From the sequence record NZ_CP109675.1: a stretch of 64,000 nucleotides of DNA. The stretch is one strand, 5' to 3'. Every line of letters begins with the position of its first letter. Within the stretch, counting starts at the first letter, position 1. The position numbers and the translations under genes are program-made. This document shows positions 48,041-58,820 of this stretch, piece by piece. Under the pieces are notes generated by a model, which did no database searches, had not been told where the DNA came from, and saw only the letters and a program-made list of their open reading frames with translations. The DNA comes from a plasmid.

Positions 48041-48609
48041 TGTGTTCCATCCACCTGACGCCACGCTGTCGCCGCCCGGTAAAGGGCCAGGTCAGTCTTT
48101 CCCGCCTGGTGATCGATGCCGACGGCGTGGAGTTCGTCCTGCCGTCCCGGCACTTCCGTACAGACAGTGCAGTGAACTCCCGGGCGGTATACGCGACCGA
48201 TCGCCGGGCAACGCAAGAGGCCTGTGGCGTGCTTCTTTCACTCAAAGCGCGACCACGCCAGCTGGTCACAACAGCCATCTGGCAGGTCAATGAGCCAGGC
48301 GAACCGGTGCGGGAATCGCGTCATGTGGTCCAGTGGTTGCTACCTGAAAATACAGGGGCGGTGTTAACTGATGATACCTGGTTATGGCCGGAGGGGGCAG
48401 ATACCCCACAACTCAGCTCGGGAGACTGGCCGGTACTGGATATCACCCCTCCAGCTCATGCAAGAATCACGCGTCGTGGGCTGACAATCATAGACACCCG
48501 CAGCCGGGAAGGACGTATCAGCAGACGCTTTCAGACCTTCCCTCTGGTCGCCCTCGCCCCCGGCACACAGTCAACCCGCCTTCCCGGCGTGTTTACCCCG
48601 CTCAAATAA
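48040..48609 (+). CDS. traV: TraV-position protein
   Basis: ATG overlaps the traU stop (TGATG). 189 aa. No recognisable family. Confidence 0.45.
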   Translation: MCSIHLTPRCRRPVKGQVSLSRLVIDADGVEFVLPSRHFRTDSAVNSRAVYATDRRATQEACGVLLSLKARPRQLVTTAIWQVNEPGEPVRESRHVVQWLLPENTGAVLTDDTWLWPEGADTPQLSSGDWPVLDITPPAHARITRRGLTIIDTRSREGRISRRFQTFPLVALAPGTQSTRLPGVFTPLK

Positions 48610-48621
48610 ACGGAGAATCTC

Positions 48622-49824
48622 ATGCTACAACGTCATCTCCCCGCGCTGGCGCTGGCCATCGCGTCCAGCCTTCCCACTGTTGCCAGTGCTTTAACGGTCA
48701 ACGTGAACTCCAGCGTTCCGATCACGACTCAGGTTCTGCCTGAGATGGCCACCATCCAGGCAACTCTGGTCGAAATACTACAGATGCAACAGGCAACCGG
48801 CACAGCCATCACACAGAACGCCGACAAGCTCGGCGCCCTGATTAATCAGGATGGGCAGGCTACTCGTCAGCAAATGATTTTCAATAATGAAACCCAACGT
48901 CTGGAGGAGGCACGGCAGAGTTTTTCGGTACCGGATTCGATCTGTAGTGATTCCGCATCCGGTGTGGCAGCACAAAGTAAAAGTGCATCAGGCAGCGCCG
49001 CGTCAAAACTCTCATCAGGCAAAGGTGTTTCCAGTTCAGCGGTGCGGAAGAGGATTTCTACAGCATCGGAAGAACAGGCCCGCGACGCTTATGACGGTGC
49101 GAACGTACATGCCGCGTACTGTACGGCAGCAGAATATGAACGCTTTGGCGGAACCGGTATCTGCCCTGCCGTCAGTAATTTGCCCGGAGGTGACAGTCAG
49201 GTACGCTCCATCTATGGCGGCGCGGGACCTGAAGGGCAGGCACCGGCACTTTCCTGGTCACAGGAACAGATTGATGCCGCTATGGCCTACATGAAAAACA
49301 CGGCTCGACCTTCAGCAGGCCGCACGCCAGGCAAAGGTGAAGTCAACACTGTTACCGGTCGTACGTATGTAGGGTTGCTCAACGAGTACAACGGTATCAT
49401 CGATGCCGCGTCTGAACCTCAGCTCTCGCTGATTGCCGACAGTAAGACCAGTGAAACCACCCGTGATGCCCTGAAAGAAGCACTGCAGTCACCTTCCGCA
49501 GCGCAGTATTTTGACAATGTGGCTTCGCCGGAGGCGAAGGCGAAGGGCTACATGAGCCAGCGAGAATTTGAATCGTTTGAGGCCGGACGTCGATATGCCA
49601 ACACAGCCTATCTCTCCGACCTGCAGCAAATGGACGGAGATAACCTTATGCGCGAACTCATCCGAACTACGGCACAGATGAACTGGCAACTTAACGACAT
49701 TAAAGAGTTGCTGCGCAAAGGGAACGTGATCGACGGCCAGCTACTCGCCGCCTTTGCCCGCCAGTCCTACGCCCCACGTCTGAAACAACTCGAATCAGCC
49801 ATGAACCAGGGAGCTGCCAAATGA
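48622..49824 (+). CDS. traW: TraW-position secreted protein
   Basis: Signal peptide (ALALAIASSLPTVASA). 400 aa. RBS ggag. Confidence 0.55.
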   Translation: MLQRHLPALALAIASSLPTVASALTVNVNSSVPITTQVLPEMATIQATLVEILQMQQATGTAITQNADKLGALINQDGQATRQQMIFNNETQRLEEARQSFSVPDSICSDSASGVAAQSKSASGSAASKLSSGKGVSSSAVRKRISTASEEQARDAYDGANVHAAYCTAAEYERFGGTGICPAVSNLPGGDSQVRSIYGGAGPEGQAPALSWSQEQIDAAMAYMKNTARPSAGRTPGKGEVNTVTGRTYVGLLNEYNGIIDAASEPQLSLIADSKTSETTRDALKEALQSPSAAQYFDNVASPEAKAKGYMSQREFESFEAGRRYANTAYLSDLQQMDGDNLMRELIRTTAQMNWQLNDIKELLRKGNVIDGQLLAAFARQSYAPRLKQLESAMNQGAAK

Positions 49825-50363
49825 CACTGGAAAAAACAGTCGCACGGAAAAAAGGACTACCTGGACGTATTACCCGGGGACTGCTGAGCATATTTCTGCC
49901 ATTGCAGGAAACGAAGTGGTATTTGCGGGCTGCCCGGCACATGACATCACGAAATATTGAGCGAATGCGTGATGCTTTTCCGGAGCTCATTACTGACGAC
50001 AAACCGCCGGCTTCTCCTGACTGGGAAAAAGCCGTTGCGGAATCAGGTTGTACCCCCGCACAGTTGGATGAGGGGTATGTGAGCCAGCGCAGGCGCTGGC
50101 GAGTGCTGTTCTGGCTTATGGCCATACCGGTTCCGCTTGCAGCACTGACACCATTCATTATTGGTGGGAGTATCTCCGCGCACCAGATCAGCACCTGTGT
50201 GGTGCTGTTTTCCGGTGCTGGCGTGGCATGGTCAAAAGCGCTAATCGTAACCTACCGACTGTGGCAGTTACGCAACCGTCGCGTAAGTCTTGCTGAAAGA
50301 GGCACCTTTCAGCATTTCATGGCGGAAACCCATGCCGTACGAGATGCCATTCTCGGGAAATAG
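49821..50363 (+). CDS. traX: TraX-position membrane protein
   Basis: ATGA overlap with the traW stop. Two hydrophobic helices. 180 aa. Confidence 0.5.
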   Translation: MTLEKTVARKKGLPGRITRGLLSIFLPLQETKWYLRAARHMTSRNIERMRDAFPELITDDKPPASPDWEKAVAESGCTPAQLDEGYVSQRRRWRVLFWLMAIPVPLAALTPFIIGGSISAHQISTCVVLFSGAGVAWSKALIVTYRLWQLRNRRVSLAERGTFQHFMAETHAVRDAILGK

Positions 50364-50420
50364 CTGCCCTTCTCTGCCTCCTGCCGACATCCCGGCATTC
50401 ATGCATTATCCGGAGTTACC

Positions 50421-52580
50421 GTGAAAAATCTCATTCGTGCGCTTTGTGCAGGGCTGCTTATCTCTGTTACCCCGGCACGCGCAGGTGTCACTTACGATGA
50501 CATAGTCTCTGCTGCAACCAATGCACAGGACCTCTCCCGACAGGCACTGGTCACTATCTTCGGCGATGTGGTGCTGGACCCTCTCGCCGCCGGCAATACC
50601 ACGATGATCGGGAATCTGTTTGCTCTGTTTAACGGAATTATCGCCGTCCTTGCCGTCGTCTGGTTTGTATTTATTGGTCTGAAGCACATTAATAAAACGG
50701 GGCATCAGGGCAAGGTATTCAGCGGGGATCGCGATATCACCAGCACACTGAGCACAGTGTCAGGATTTTTGATGATTATCCCGACCGCCAATGGCTGGAG
50801 CATGTCCCAGCTCATAATTCTCTGGGGCGCGTCGATTATGGGCGTAGGTTCTGCCAACCTGATGGTGTCCAAAGCAGCCAGTGATATTGCCAGCGGCTAC
50901 TCCCTGACTGTCCAGCCCACACAGGCTTCGACCCGAACTTCTGCACGCGGTATTTTTGAGATGCAGCTTTGTAAATATGCCATCAATACTGCGCTGGACG
51001 ATTACAACAGCACGGCAAATTCGACCACAGCCAGAATGGCAGGGGTATCCGGTTCTTCTGGAGGGAATTATACCTACCGGGTCACCAACGGCAGCGGTGT
51101 GTGCGGCACGGCGACGATACCGGAACAACAGAAATCGGACTCCTCGTCTGGTTCCGGAAGCTTCTTTAACCCCTTCAGTAACCGCGATACAAGTGAAGTG
51201 GTGGATGCGCAAAACAAAGCTATGGAAGCAATGATCCAGGATATGGACAGCGCGGCCAGCGAGTTTATGGCAGGGTTTATGAATAAACGAACAACCGGCA
51301 ACGGCACACTCCCGGATATTGAAACCCGCATTCAGAGAGCAGCCAGTACGTACGAACAAACTGTTCAGCACGCACTACCGGCGCAGAGTGAACAAAATGG
51401 CATACAGGATGCTGTCAGGAATTACCTCGACACTTATGGTTGGGCGGCTCTCGGTGCCTGGTACCAGACTTTTGCAACGGCCAATCAACGCCTGACAGAA
51501 GTTGCCAGTCGCGCGCCGGCAACCAGTGGGATGTCATCCCTTGGGGAAATTGGCAGCGGAGACCTGTTCAGTGCGGTAATGAGCGCCTACCGTACCCAGT
51601 TACAAAACTCTAATTATGCACCTCCAGCAGGTACAGCAACATCACAAAACGAGTTAAGTGCTTCTGAAGGTAATGACCCAAATAGCATATTAATGAACTC
51701 GTTCGCTCCATTTTTCGTCAGTTTAACCAGCAACATCGCAACAAATTATAGTGGGACAGGAACCTCAACAGGGCAGGTAAACCCATTAGTTAAAATGAAA
51801 AATGTTGGAGATTACACGCTGGTTGCAGCGGAGGGAACTTTAACAGCATACACGGTCATACGGGCTGCTGTTGCGGGTGGAGAGTCATCCCTTCTCGGGA
51901 AGGTTGTCAATATGACAGGAGCAATTAGCGCTGTAGATAAAGGGCTTGATGCCATTTCGCCAGCAGTATATTTCTTGTTACTACTTATGTTTAGCGCTGG
52001 ATTTACACTTTCAATCTATTTGCCATTTATTCCGTTTATCTTCTGGATGACTGGTATTGGTAACTGGATTGTCAGTGTTCTAGTAGGTTGCGCTGCGGGA
52101 CCTCTATGGGGGGCAACTCACCTAGGTACGTCTCAGGATCGAGGCAGTCGTGCGGCTTATGGTTACATTTACTTTATAGATACCATGATTCGTCCCGCAC
52201 TTATGGTTTTTGGATTTTTCTTTGCATCTGTTGCGATTGTTGCTACTGGCACTATCCTTCATGCACTTTTTGGTGTCGCACTGGTCAATGTTCAAGCCAA
52301 CTCGTTAACAGGTTTATTCAGCATGGCTGGTTTTTTAATGATCTATGCTCGAATTTGCACGACACTGGTATCTAGCATATTTGCCTTACAGGCATATTTA
52401 CCTGACTACGTCATTTCGTTCCTTGGCGGTAGAGATGCAGCAAATACTCTTGGAAGCATGGCTGGTTCTGTCAAAGATATGTTCGTAGCCGGTGGGAGGA
52501 ATATACGGCATACCCCTGGCGTTAATACGAAGGGTATGAATGGTCCAGGGGAAACAAATAATGATGGAATAAAAAGTTGA
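50421..52580 (+). CDS. traY: TraY, DotA-like polytopic membrane protein (exclusion target in IncI1)
   Basis: 719 aa. Signal peptide, multiple TM helices, large Ser/Thr/Asn-rich periplasmic region. GTG start after ggag. Confidence 0.7.
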   Translation: MKNLIRALCAGLLISVTPARAGVTYDDIVSAATNAQDLSRQALVTIFGDVVLDPLAAGNTTMIGNLFALFNGIIAVLAVVWFVFIGLKHINKTGHQGKVFSGDRDITSTLSTVSGFLMIIPTANGWSMSQLIILWGASIMGVGSANLMVSKAASDIASGYSLTVQPTQASTRTSARGIFEMQLCKYAINTALDDYNSTANSTTARMAGVSGSSGGNYTYRVTNGSGVCGTATIPEQQKSDSSSGSGSFFNPFSNRDTSEVVDAQNKAMEAMIQDMDSAASEFMAGFMNKRTTGNGTLPDIETRIQRAASTYEQTVQHALPAQSEQNGIQDAVRNYLDTYGWAALGAWYQTFATANQRLTEVASRAPATSGMSSLGEIGSGDLFSAVMSAYRTQLQNSNYAPPAGTATSQNELSASEGNDPNSILMNSFAPFFVSLTSNIATNYSGTGTSTGQVNPLVKMKNVGDYTLVAAEGTLTAYTVIRAAVAGGESSLLGKVVNMTGAISAVDKGLDAISPAVYFLLLLMFSAGFTLSIYLPFIPFIFWMTGIGNWIVSVLVGCAAGPLWGATHLGTSQDRGSRAAYGYIYFIDTMIRPALMVFGFFFASVAIVATGTILHALFGVALVNVQANSLTGLFSMAGFLMIYARICTTLVSSIFALQAYLPDYVISFLGGRDAANTLGSMAGSVKDMFVAGGRNIRHTPGVNTKGMNGPGETNNDGIKS

Positions 52581-52641
52581 GATGTGGACATCTATCCAGT
52601 AGTGCTATAACATTGAGTGAAATACCTAAGGAGGGTTTACT

Positions 52642-53274
52642 GTGAAAGATAGATTCCCTAAGTGGTGGGTTTTATACTCTGTTGCAAAGTCTTTATTTTT
52701 AAAGTTCGGTATAATCTCTTTCTTGCTGATTTTTTTTCTATGCTCCATTTCAATCATCATGGATGAGTACGTACGCCCGGAGGCATATCTATACGCCATA
52801 ACAAGTTGCTTACTGTTATTCGGTCCATTTGCCATCAATTATGTTATAGCCAAGAAACGCAAAAAAAAGATCCTTGCTGTTGTTGAGAAAATCAAGGAGA
52901 CGGGTCATTTCAAACCGGAAAGCGGTTCTGAGGGCTGGCTCTTCTGGAAAAGTACCTACCTGGGTTTCGACTTTCAGCAAGGAACCTTTTTGTACGTCCG
53001 AATCTACCCGGGCAATGTCATGGATGTCATTGGCTTCGATGCTTACAGCCTGACACGTACAGAGGTTGAAGATTCAAAGTTGCGTCTCTTCACAAGGTTC
53101 ACATCATTGCCGATGATTCCTATCGATACCGGTGCTGCATCCAGTATTGCTAACCATCTGCATGCAATGAACAACAAAGGATACACCTATAACTTCAACT
53201 TTAACGATGTCGTGAATAAAAAACGTGCCGAGATCGAATCTCTGACAGGGCTACCTGTTCCCGTTCTTGCCTGA
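52642..53274 (+). CDS. excA: ExcA-position entry-exclusion inner-membrane protein
   Basis: 210 aa in an AT-rich gene immediately after traY. N-terminal TM helices. GTG start after aaggaggg. R64 ExcA is 220 aa. Confidence 0.55.
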   Translation: MKDRFPKWWVLYSVAKSLFLKFGIISFLLIFFLCSISIIMDEYVRPEAYLYAITSCLLLFGPFAINYVIAKKRKKKILAVVEKIKETGHFKPESGSEGWLFWKSTYLGFDFQQGTFLYVRIYPGNVMDVIGFDAYSLTRTEVEDSKLRLFTRFTSLPMIPIDTGAASSIANHLHAMNNKGYTYNFNFNDVVNKKRAEIESLTGLPVPVLA

Positions 53275-53594
53275 AACACATCCAATACCCTCCAATAAAT
53301 AGCCGGTTTAATTGCCGGCTATTTTCATTGATTTCATTAACGCAGATCATCGCTCTGAAAATTCACTTTAAAACAGATGATGATAATAAAAACCACAACC
53401 CATCTTATTAATGACCCTCACTAAAACAAAGGAGATCCGTATCAGATCCTCAACAATCTAATATTTGACCAATCAATATAATTTCACCTGCCGTTATCAC
53501 CAGTAAATACGCTTGCTAACTTTTCGTAAGCTCGGGCTCTGCTGCCCTCTTTTATTCAGTTAGTCTTCATCGTTTTTATTTAGGGAGCTTTTCC

Positions 53595-54803
53595 ATGACA
53601 TCCGCTCGCGCGGGAACGACTGATCCGCTTGAATTTCTTGGAGCCCTCGCCATCCTGGGCATTATGCTTCTGCTTGTTGCATGGCTGTTCTTGCCTGAGT
53701 TTGTGTACTGGTCATGTTTCATTTTGCATACCCTGTGGGGCATGGCTGATTTTGGCCCCTTCCACACCTGGGCCGCACCGCGTTATAACCTGCTGGCCGT
53801 CACCGCCAACAATGCCGAAAACATCACTTACGATCAGTGGATCAACGTGATGAAGCAAACGACGGTGATCCTGATGATATTCCTCATTCCCCTGTCTACC
53901 GCTTCGCTGTGGAGCTGGTTATGCCATCCTGCACGAAACTGGCAAACGCGACGGGTACTCAATATCAGCACGCTGCCCTTCGCTATGGAAACCATTTCTC
54001 CTGCAATTGCCCCCATTCTTAATGAGGGGAATTCCAGTCGCCTGTTGCTTGATAAACGTCGTCAAGAAAGACGTCCGGCACAAAGCCCTGAGGGTTTCGC
54101 TGAAGAGCATGAACTCATCAGTAATATGCAGCTCGATGTTGCCCGCTGCAGGGCTGTTTTTATGGCCCAACTGGGGCGTCCACTTAATGGATGGAAAAGT
54201 CTCGCCCCTCATGAAAAGGCATTATTCGCAATATTCGGCCTTCAGTTTTTCCTGGACGACCGACCGGCCGCACGTCAATTAATGGATGCCCTGAACCGCT
54301 CCTGTCGGATAAAAAGCCGCCGTGATAAGGGGAAATTCTCAGTTCCGGTCTATGCGCTGGCGAGAACCGCTTTTAAGCGCGTCATCCAGAGCGAAGGCGC
54401 GAAACAGTGGTTGCGTGAGCACCGTTACGTCAGAAGTGGTCTGGTCTGGCTGTACGCACATGATTTACGGCTGACACCACCTAACTGGCTATGGCTAAAG
54501 GGGGTAGACCGCCCACTCTTCTATGCCCTGCACCGGGCAAACACCACCAAAGGATTTATTGAAGGTGCAGGTATCGTCGCCGTCGCCCGCACCGAGAGTG
54601 AGGCTATCCGACTTGGCCTCCCCTGCCCGCAAGCCTGCGTCGATGAAGCCATTGAGGGATTGCGCATCGATATGCTGTCCCTGGGGCTAATCTGGAACGA
54701 ACCTCAGCCAGACCGCGACCGCAAGCGTCGCATCCGGACCAACTGGTCACTCACGGAAGACGTCATCACTCGCCCGGGTGACGATGACGATCTCATCTTC
54801 TGA
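53595..54803 (+). CDS. trbA: TrbA (DotM/IcmP-like membrane protein)
   Basis: 402 aa. N-terminal hydrophobic helices. RBS gggag. Called by synteny with R64 trbA. Confidence 0.55.
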   Translation: MTSARAGTTDPLEFLGALAILGIMLLLVAWLFLPEFVYWSCFILHTLWGMADFGPFHTWAAPRYNLLAVTANNAENITYDQWINVMKQTTVILMIFLIPLSTASLWSWLCHPARNWQTRRVLNISTLPFAMETISPAIAPILNEGNSSRLLLDKRRQERRPAQSPEGFAEEHELISNMQLDVARCRAVFMAQLGRPLNGWKSLAPHEKALFAIFGLQFFLDDRPAARQLMDALNRSCRIKSRRDKGKFSVPVYALARTAFKRVIQSEGAKQWLREHRYVRSGLVWLYAHDLRLTPPNWLWLKGVDRPLFYALHRANTTKGFIEGAGIVAVARTESEAIRLGLPCPQACVDEAIEGLRIDMLSLGLIWNEPQPDRDRKRRIRTNWSLTEDVITRPGDDDDLIF

Positions 54804-55110
54804 AATTTCGCTCATTTCTGACGCTAATTATCTTACTGTCTACTGGAGTCTCATTATGTCGCTGGAAAGCACCTACACCACCTTTCGTTGTAACGACACC
54901 ATTGTGGTTTTACATCAACACGGACATGGTGTTCCTCAGGCTCTGTTCACCTTTCGTGAGCCTCAGCGTATGGCCATCCACGATAAAAAGCTCATCGCTT
55001 TTTATCCATATTCAGCAGAAGCCGTGACACTTCTTGATGACCCGATGCACGATGCAGCGGAAGTCTTCAACACCATAGCGCGACACCTCAAAACCCAGAG
55101 TAAGGCAATA

Positions 55111-56040
55111 ATGAAACGCCGTATGAAGTCCCTTGCCCTGTTTGTGAGCGGCGCGCTGATAGCATCTTCGTTATGGCTCCTGGGTACGGACAACCATTTC
55201 TCACTCAATGTGGGAAACCAGACACTGACTATCCCGGCAGAACCAGGCGCAATCGCACCGGCCCGGCCGCGGCAGACTGCCGCTGTTCAGGAGCCAGCCA
55301 ACCCGGCGGCAGGCAATACAGTCATTCAGGCTGCCCAGGCTGAATCCGACAACATGCAGAATATTATGAAGGAAAGTCATAAATCCTTACCGGCTTCGCC
55401 TTCTGAAGCCCTGAAAACAGCACCGGCAGCGGTAACGTCAACCACATCAGTAAAAAAAGAAGCGACGGAACAGTCAGCGCGACAGAAGATGGTGGAAATA
55501 CTGAAGCGCAGTACCGATCGAGGTCTGTTCACCATCCAGCTCTCAACCGGGCATGAGCGTACGCTGTATGCATTCCTCGATCCAACCTGTGCGGTCTGCA
55601 GAAGTATGGAGCCGGCAATCGAACAGCTGGCGCAGCGTTACAACGTTGTTGTATTCCCTGTATCAGTCGTGAATGACGGCGGCGATGCTGTAGAGAAGAT
55701 CATTCCGGTTTTATGCGAGAAGGACCAGACAGCTCGTGCTGTTGCATGGAGTGTTCTTTTCCGACCGGACGCAGGTATGCTGGTTCCGGGACAGACAACA
55801 CCTCCACAGGTGAGCTCAGACTGTTCCGCGTCGGCTCAGGCCGTAGTAGCCGTAAACGATACTGGCTTCCGCACCTTTGGTTTTTCAGGTACGCCGACAG
55901 TGCTGACTGACACGGGCATTCGCCTGGCAACGGGCATGCTGACCGCGCCGGATAAAATTGATCACTTCCTGAAAATTACAGATCCAATGTCACCAGAACA
56001 GGTCGACCGCTTTGTGAGTTCCCTCAGTATCCAGGAGTAA
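55111..56040 (+). CDS. trbB: TrbB, thioredoxin-fold/DsbC-like disulfide isomerase
   Basis: Start placed at ATG 55111 (RBS agtaaggcaataATG, signal peptide MKRRMKSLALFVSGALIASS), giving 309 aa versus R64 TrbB at about 313 aa. Thioredoxin active site FLDPTCAVCRS. The open frame extends upstream to 54778. Confidence 0.6.
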   Translation: MKRRMKSLALFVSGALIASSLWLLGTDNHFSLNVGNQTLTIPAEPGAIAPARPRQTAAVQEPANPAAGNTVIQAAQAESDNMQNIMKESHKSLPASPSEALKTAPAAVTSTTSVKKEATEQSARQKMVEILKRSTDRGLFTIQLSTGHERTLYAFLDPTCAVCRSMEPAIEQLAQRYNVVVFPVSVVNDGGDAVEKIIPVLCEKDQTARAVAWSVLFRPDAGMLVPGQTTPPQVSSDCSASAQAVVAVNDTGFRTFGFSGTPTVLTDTGIRLATGMLTAPDKIDHFLKITDPMSPEQVDRFVSSLSIQE

Positions 56041-56043
56041 ACC

Positions 56044-58344
56044 ATGAATTATACGCCCGTTAACCAGGCGCTCATGAAGCGCAATGCCTGGAACTCCCCT
56101 GTTCTTGAGCTTTTGCGCGACCACCTGCTGTATGCCGGAATTATGGCAGGAAGTGTGGTGGCGGGGTTTATCTGGCCACTCGCCATACCGCTTTTGCTTT
56201 TGCTGGCCATCGTGGCCAGCATCAGCTTTGGAACACACCGCTGGCGTATGCCCATGCGAATGCCTGTCCACCTGAATAAAGTAGACCCCTCTGAAGACCG
56301 GAAGGTACGACGCAGCCTGTTCAGAAGGTTTCCCTCACTGTTTCAGTATGAAACAACGCAGGAAAGTAAAGGTAAGGGAATATTCTATCTCGGCTACAGG
56401 CGAATGAATGATATCGGTCGCGAACTCTGGCTCACCATTGATGACCTGACCCGTCATGTGATGTTCTTTGCCTCGACCGGTGGAGGGAAAACCGAAACCA
56501 TCTATGCGTGGATGCTCAATTCATTTTGCTGGGGTCGGGGCTTCACCTTTGTTGACGGTAAGGCGCAGAACGACACGGCGCGCACCTGCTACTACCTGGC
56601 CCGCCGCTTTGGGCGTGAGGATGATGTGGAATACATCAACTTCATGAATAGCGGCATGTCCCGCAGTGAGATGATCCACAACGGTGATAAAAGTCGGCCA
56701 CAGTCTCACCAGTGGAACCCCTTCTGCTATAGCACTGAGGCCTTTGTTGCTGAGACGATGCAATCAATGCTGCCGACCAACGTACAGGGGGGAGAATGGC
56801 AGTCCAGAGCAATTGCAATGAACAAGGCGCTGGTTTTTGGCACAAAGTTCTATTGCGTCCGTGAAAACAAAACCATGTCGTTGCAGCTGCTGCGCGAGTT
56901 TATGCCACTGGAGAAACTGGCAGAGCTTTACTGCCGTGCCATAGACGATCAATGGCCAGAGGAAGCTGTCTCTCCGCTCTATAATTATCTGGTAGACGTA
57001 CCGGGTTTCGATATGGCCACCGTTCGCCAGCCTTCAGCCTGGACAGAAGAGCCGCGCAAGCAGCACAGCTACCTGACTGGGCAGTTTCTGGAAACCTTCA
57101 ACACATTTACGGAAACGTTCGGTAATATCTTCGCTGAGGATGCCGGTGACATTGATATTCGCGACAGCATTCACAGCGACCGGATACTCCTGGTCCTTAT
57201 CCCGGCAATGAACACCTCTCAGCACACAACCTCTGCACTGGGGAGAATGTTTGTTACCCAGCAGAGCATGATACTGGCCCGGGACCTGGGACATCGTCTG
57301 GAAGGGCTAGATTCCGAAGCTCTCGAAATCACCAAATACAAAGGCCCCTTCCCCTACATGAACTATCTCGACGAGGTGGGAGCCTATTATACCGAGCGTA
57401 TTGCCGTTCAGGCCACACAGGTACGTTCCCTGGACTTTTCTATCGTCATGATGAGCCAGGACCAGGAGCGCATTGAAAGCCAGACCTCAGCCACAAACGT
57501 TGCCACCCTGATGCAAAACGCCGGCACTAAGGTTGCGGGTAAAATCGTAAGTGATGATAAAACGGCAAAGACAATCACTAATGCCGCAGGACAGGAAGCC
57601 CGGGCGAACATGGTCAGCCTGCAACGGCGTGACGGTATCATTGGTACCTCCTGGATCGATGGCGACCACATCAATATTCAGATGGAGAACAAAATCAATG
57701 TGCAGGATCTGATTAAATTGCAGCCAGGTGAGAACTACACGGTGTTTCAGGGCGATCCGGTTCCGGGAGCATCCTTCTACATCGAGCCGCAGGACAAAAC
57801 GTGCAATGCACCCGTCATTATCAACCGATACATCACGATTAACCCACCGAACCTTAAGCAACTACGTAAACTTGTTCCACGAACAGCGCAGCGACGTCTT
57901 CCTGCTCCGGAGAACGTCAGCAAAATCATTGGTGTTCTGACAGAAAAGCCCTCGCGTCGGCGTAAAGCGGCAAAAGCTGAACCCTGGAAGATAATCGATA
58001 CCTTTCAGCAGCGTCTGGCCAATCGCCAGGAAGCGCATAATCTGATGACTGAATATGATACGGACCACCGTGGACGGGAAGAAAACCTCTGGGAAGAAGC
58101 GCTGGAGGTAATCAGAACAACCACTATGGCAGAACGTACAATACGGTACATCACGCTTAATAAGCCTGAATCGGAACCGACGCAAGTAAGCGCTGAAGAA
58201 ATTCAGCTCGCACCAGATGCGATACTGAGAACGCTGACACTCCCGCAGCCGGCTTATATTCCTCCTTCCAGATATCGAAACGAGCCATTTATCTCCCCGA
58301 AACTGCCTGATTCACCACATCCGGATATGGAGTGGCCAGAGTGA
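56044..58344 (+). CDS. trbC: TrbC, DotL/IcmO-type type IV coupling protein
   Basis: 766 aa (R64 TrbC is about 763). N-terminal TM helices. Walker A FFASTGGGKTE. VirD4/TraG-like core. Confidence 0.85.
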   Translation: MNYTPVNQALMKRNAWNSPVLELLRDHLLYAGIMAGSVVAGFIWPLAIPLLLLLAIVASISFGTHRWRMPMRMPVHLNKVDPSEDRKVRRSLFRRFPSLFQYETTQESKGKGIFYLGYRRMNDIGRELWLTIDDLTRHVMFFASTGGGKTETIYAWMLNSFCWGRGFTFVDGKAQNDTARTCYYLARRFGREDDVEYINFMNSGMSRSEMIHNGDKSRPQSHQWNPFCYSTEAFVAETMQSMLPTNVQGGEWQSRAIAMNKALVFGTKFYCVRENKTMSLQLLREFMPLEKLAELYCRAIDDQWPEEAVSPLYNYLVDVPGFDMATVRQPSAWTEEPRKQHSYLTGQFLETFNTFTETFGNIFAEDAGDIDIRDSIHSDRILLVLIPAMNTSQHTTSALGRMFVTQQSMILARDLGHRLEGLDSEALEITKYKGPFPYMNYLDEVGAYYTERIAVQATQVRSLDFSIVMMSQDQERIESQTSATNVATLMQNAGTKVAGKIVSDDKTAKTITNAAGQEARANMVSLQRRDGIIGTSWIDGDHINIQMENKINVQDLIKLQPGENYTVFQGDPVPGASFYIEPQDKTCNAPVIINRYITINPPNLKQLRKLVPRTAQRRLPAPENVSKIIGVLTEKPSRRRKAAKAEPWKIIDTFQQRLANRQEAHNLMTEYDTDHRGREENLWEEALEVIRTTTMAERTIRYITLNKPESEPTQVSAEEIQLAPDAILRTLTLPQPAYIPPSRYRNEPFISPKLPDSPHPDMEWPE

Positions 58345-58417
58345 TAGTTCAAAAAAATTGTCTTGTTTCAGGAACAGCTGCCGATAAACAAAATGATATA
58401 GAAATGAAGGAAATGAA

Positions 58418-58687
58418 ATGAAGAAACTACTATTTGCCGCCCTCTTTGGTTTTTCATGCGTTGCCGCTGCAGCGCCCCAGCCCGTTATCGACACCGATGC
58501 CGTGGCGCAGCTGACTGAAATCCGTAACATCCTCCTCACGAACCAGCAGAAGGTGTACGCCTGCTCCGATGGCGAGAAGCTTTATACTGTTGGGTTGCAG
58601 ATAAAACACGATGGTTCTGAATACAAATGTGTTTTAAAGAAAGACCATGCTGAATGGGAATTAGTCCCACGCATCGCATTCAACTAA
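58418..58687 (+). CDS. small secreted protein, hypothetical
   Basis: 89 aa. Signal peptide MKKLLFAALFGFSCVAAAA|PQ. RBS gaaggaaa. Two Cys residues in the mature part. Confidence 0.45.
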   Translation: MKKLLFAALFGFSCVAAAAPQPVIDTDAVAQLTEIRNILLTNQQKVYACSDGEKLYTVGLQIKHDGSEYKCVLKKDHAEWELVPRIAFN

Positions 58688-58690
58688 ATA

Positions 58691-58716
58691 AGGCCGCGAA
58701 AGCGGCCTTTTTTTTG
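58691..58716 (+). terminator. rho-independent terminator
   Basis: aggccgc-gaaa-gcggcct followed by 8 T. Confidence 0.7.
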
Positions 58717-58820
58717 ACCTGATTATGCTACCCTCCGGATTGGGCACAGATTCACACTATCCCGTTCTGCTGGCAGTACGAGAAATTGATAAGTATGATT
58801 GATAAAACAGGGGGCAGAGA

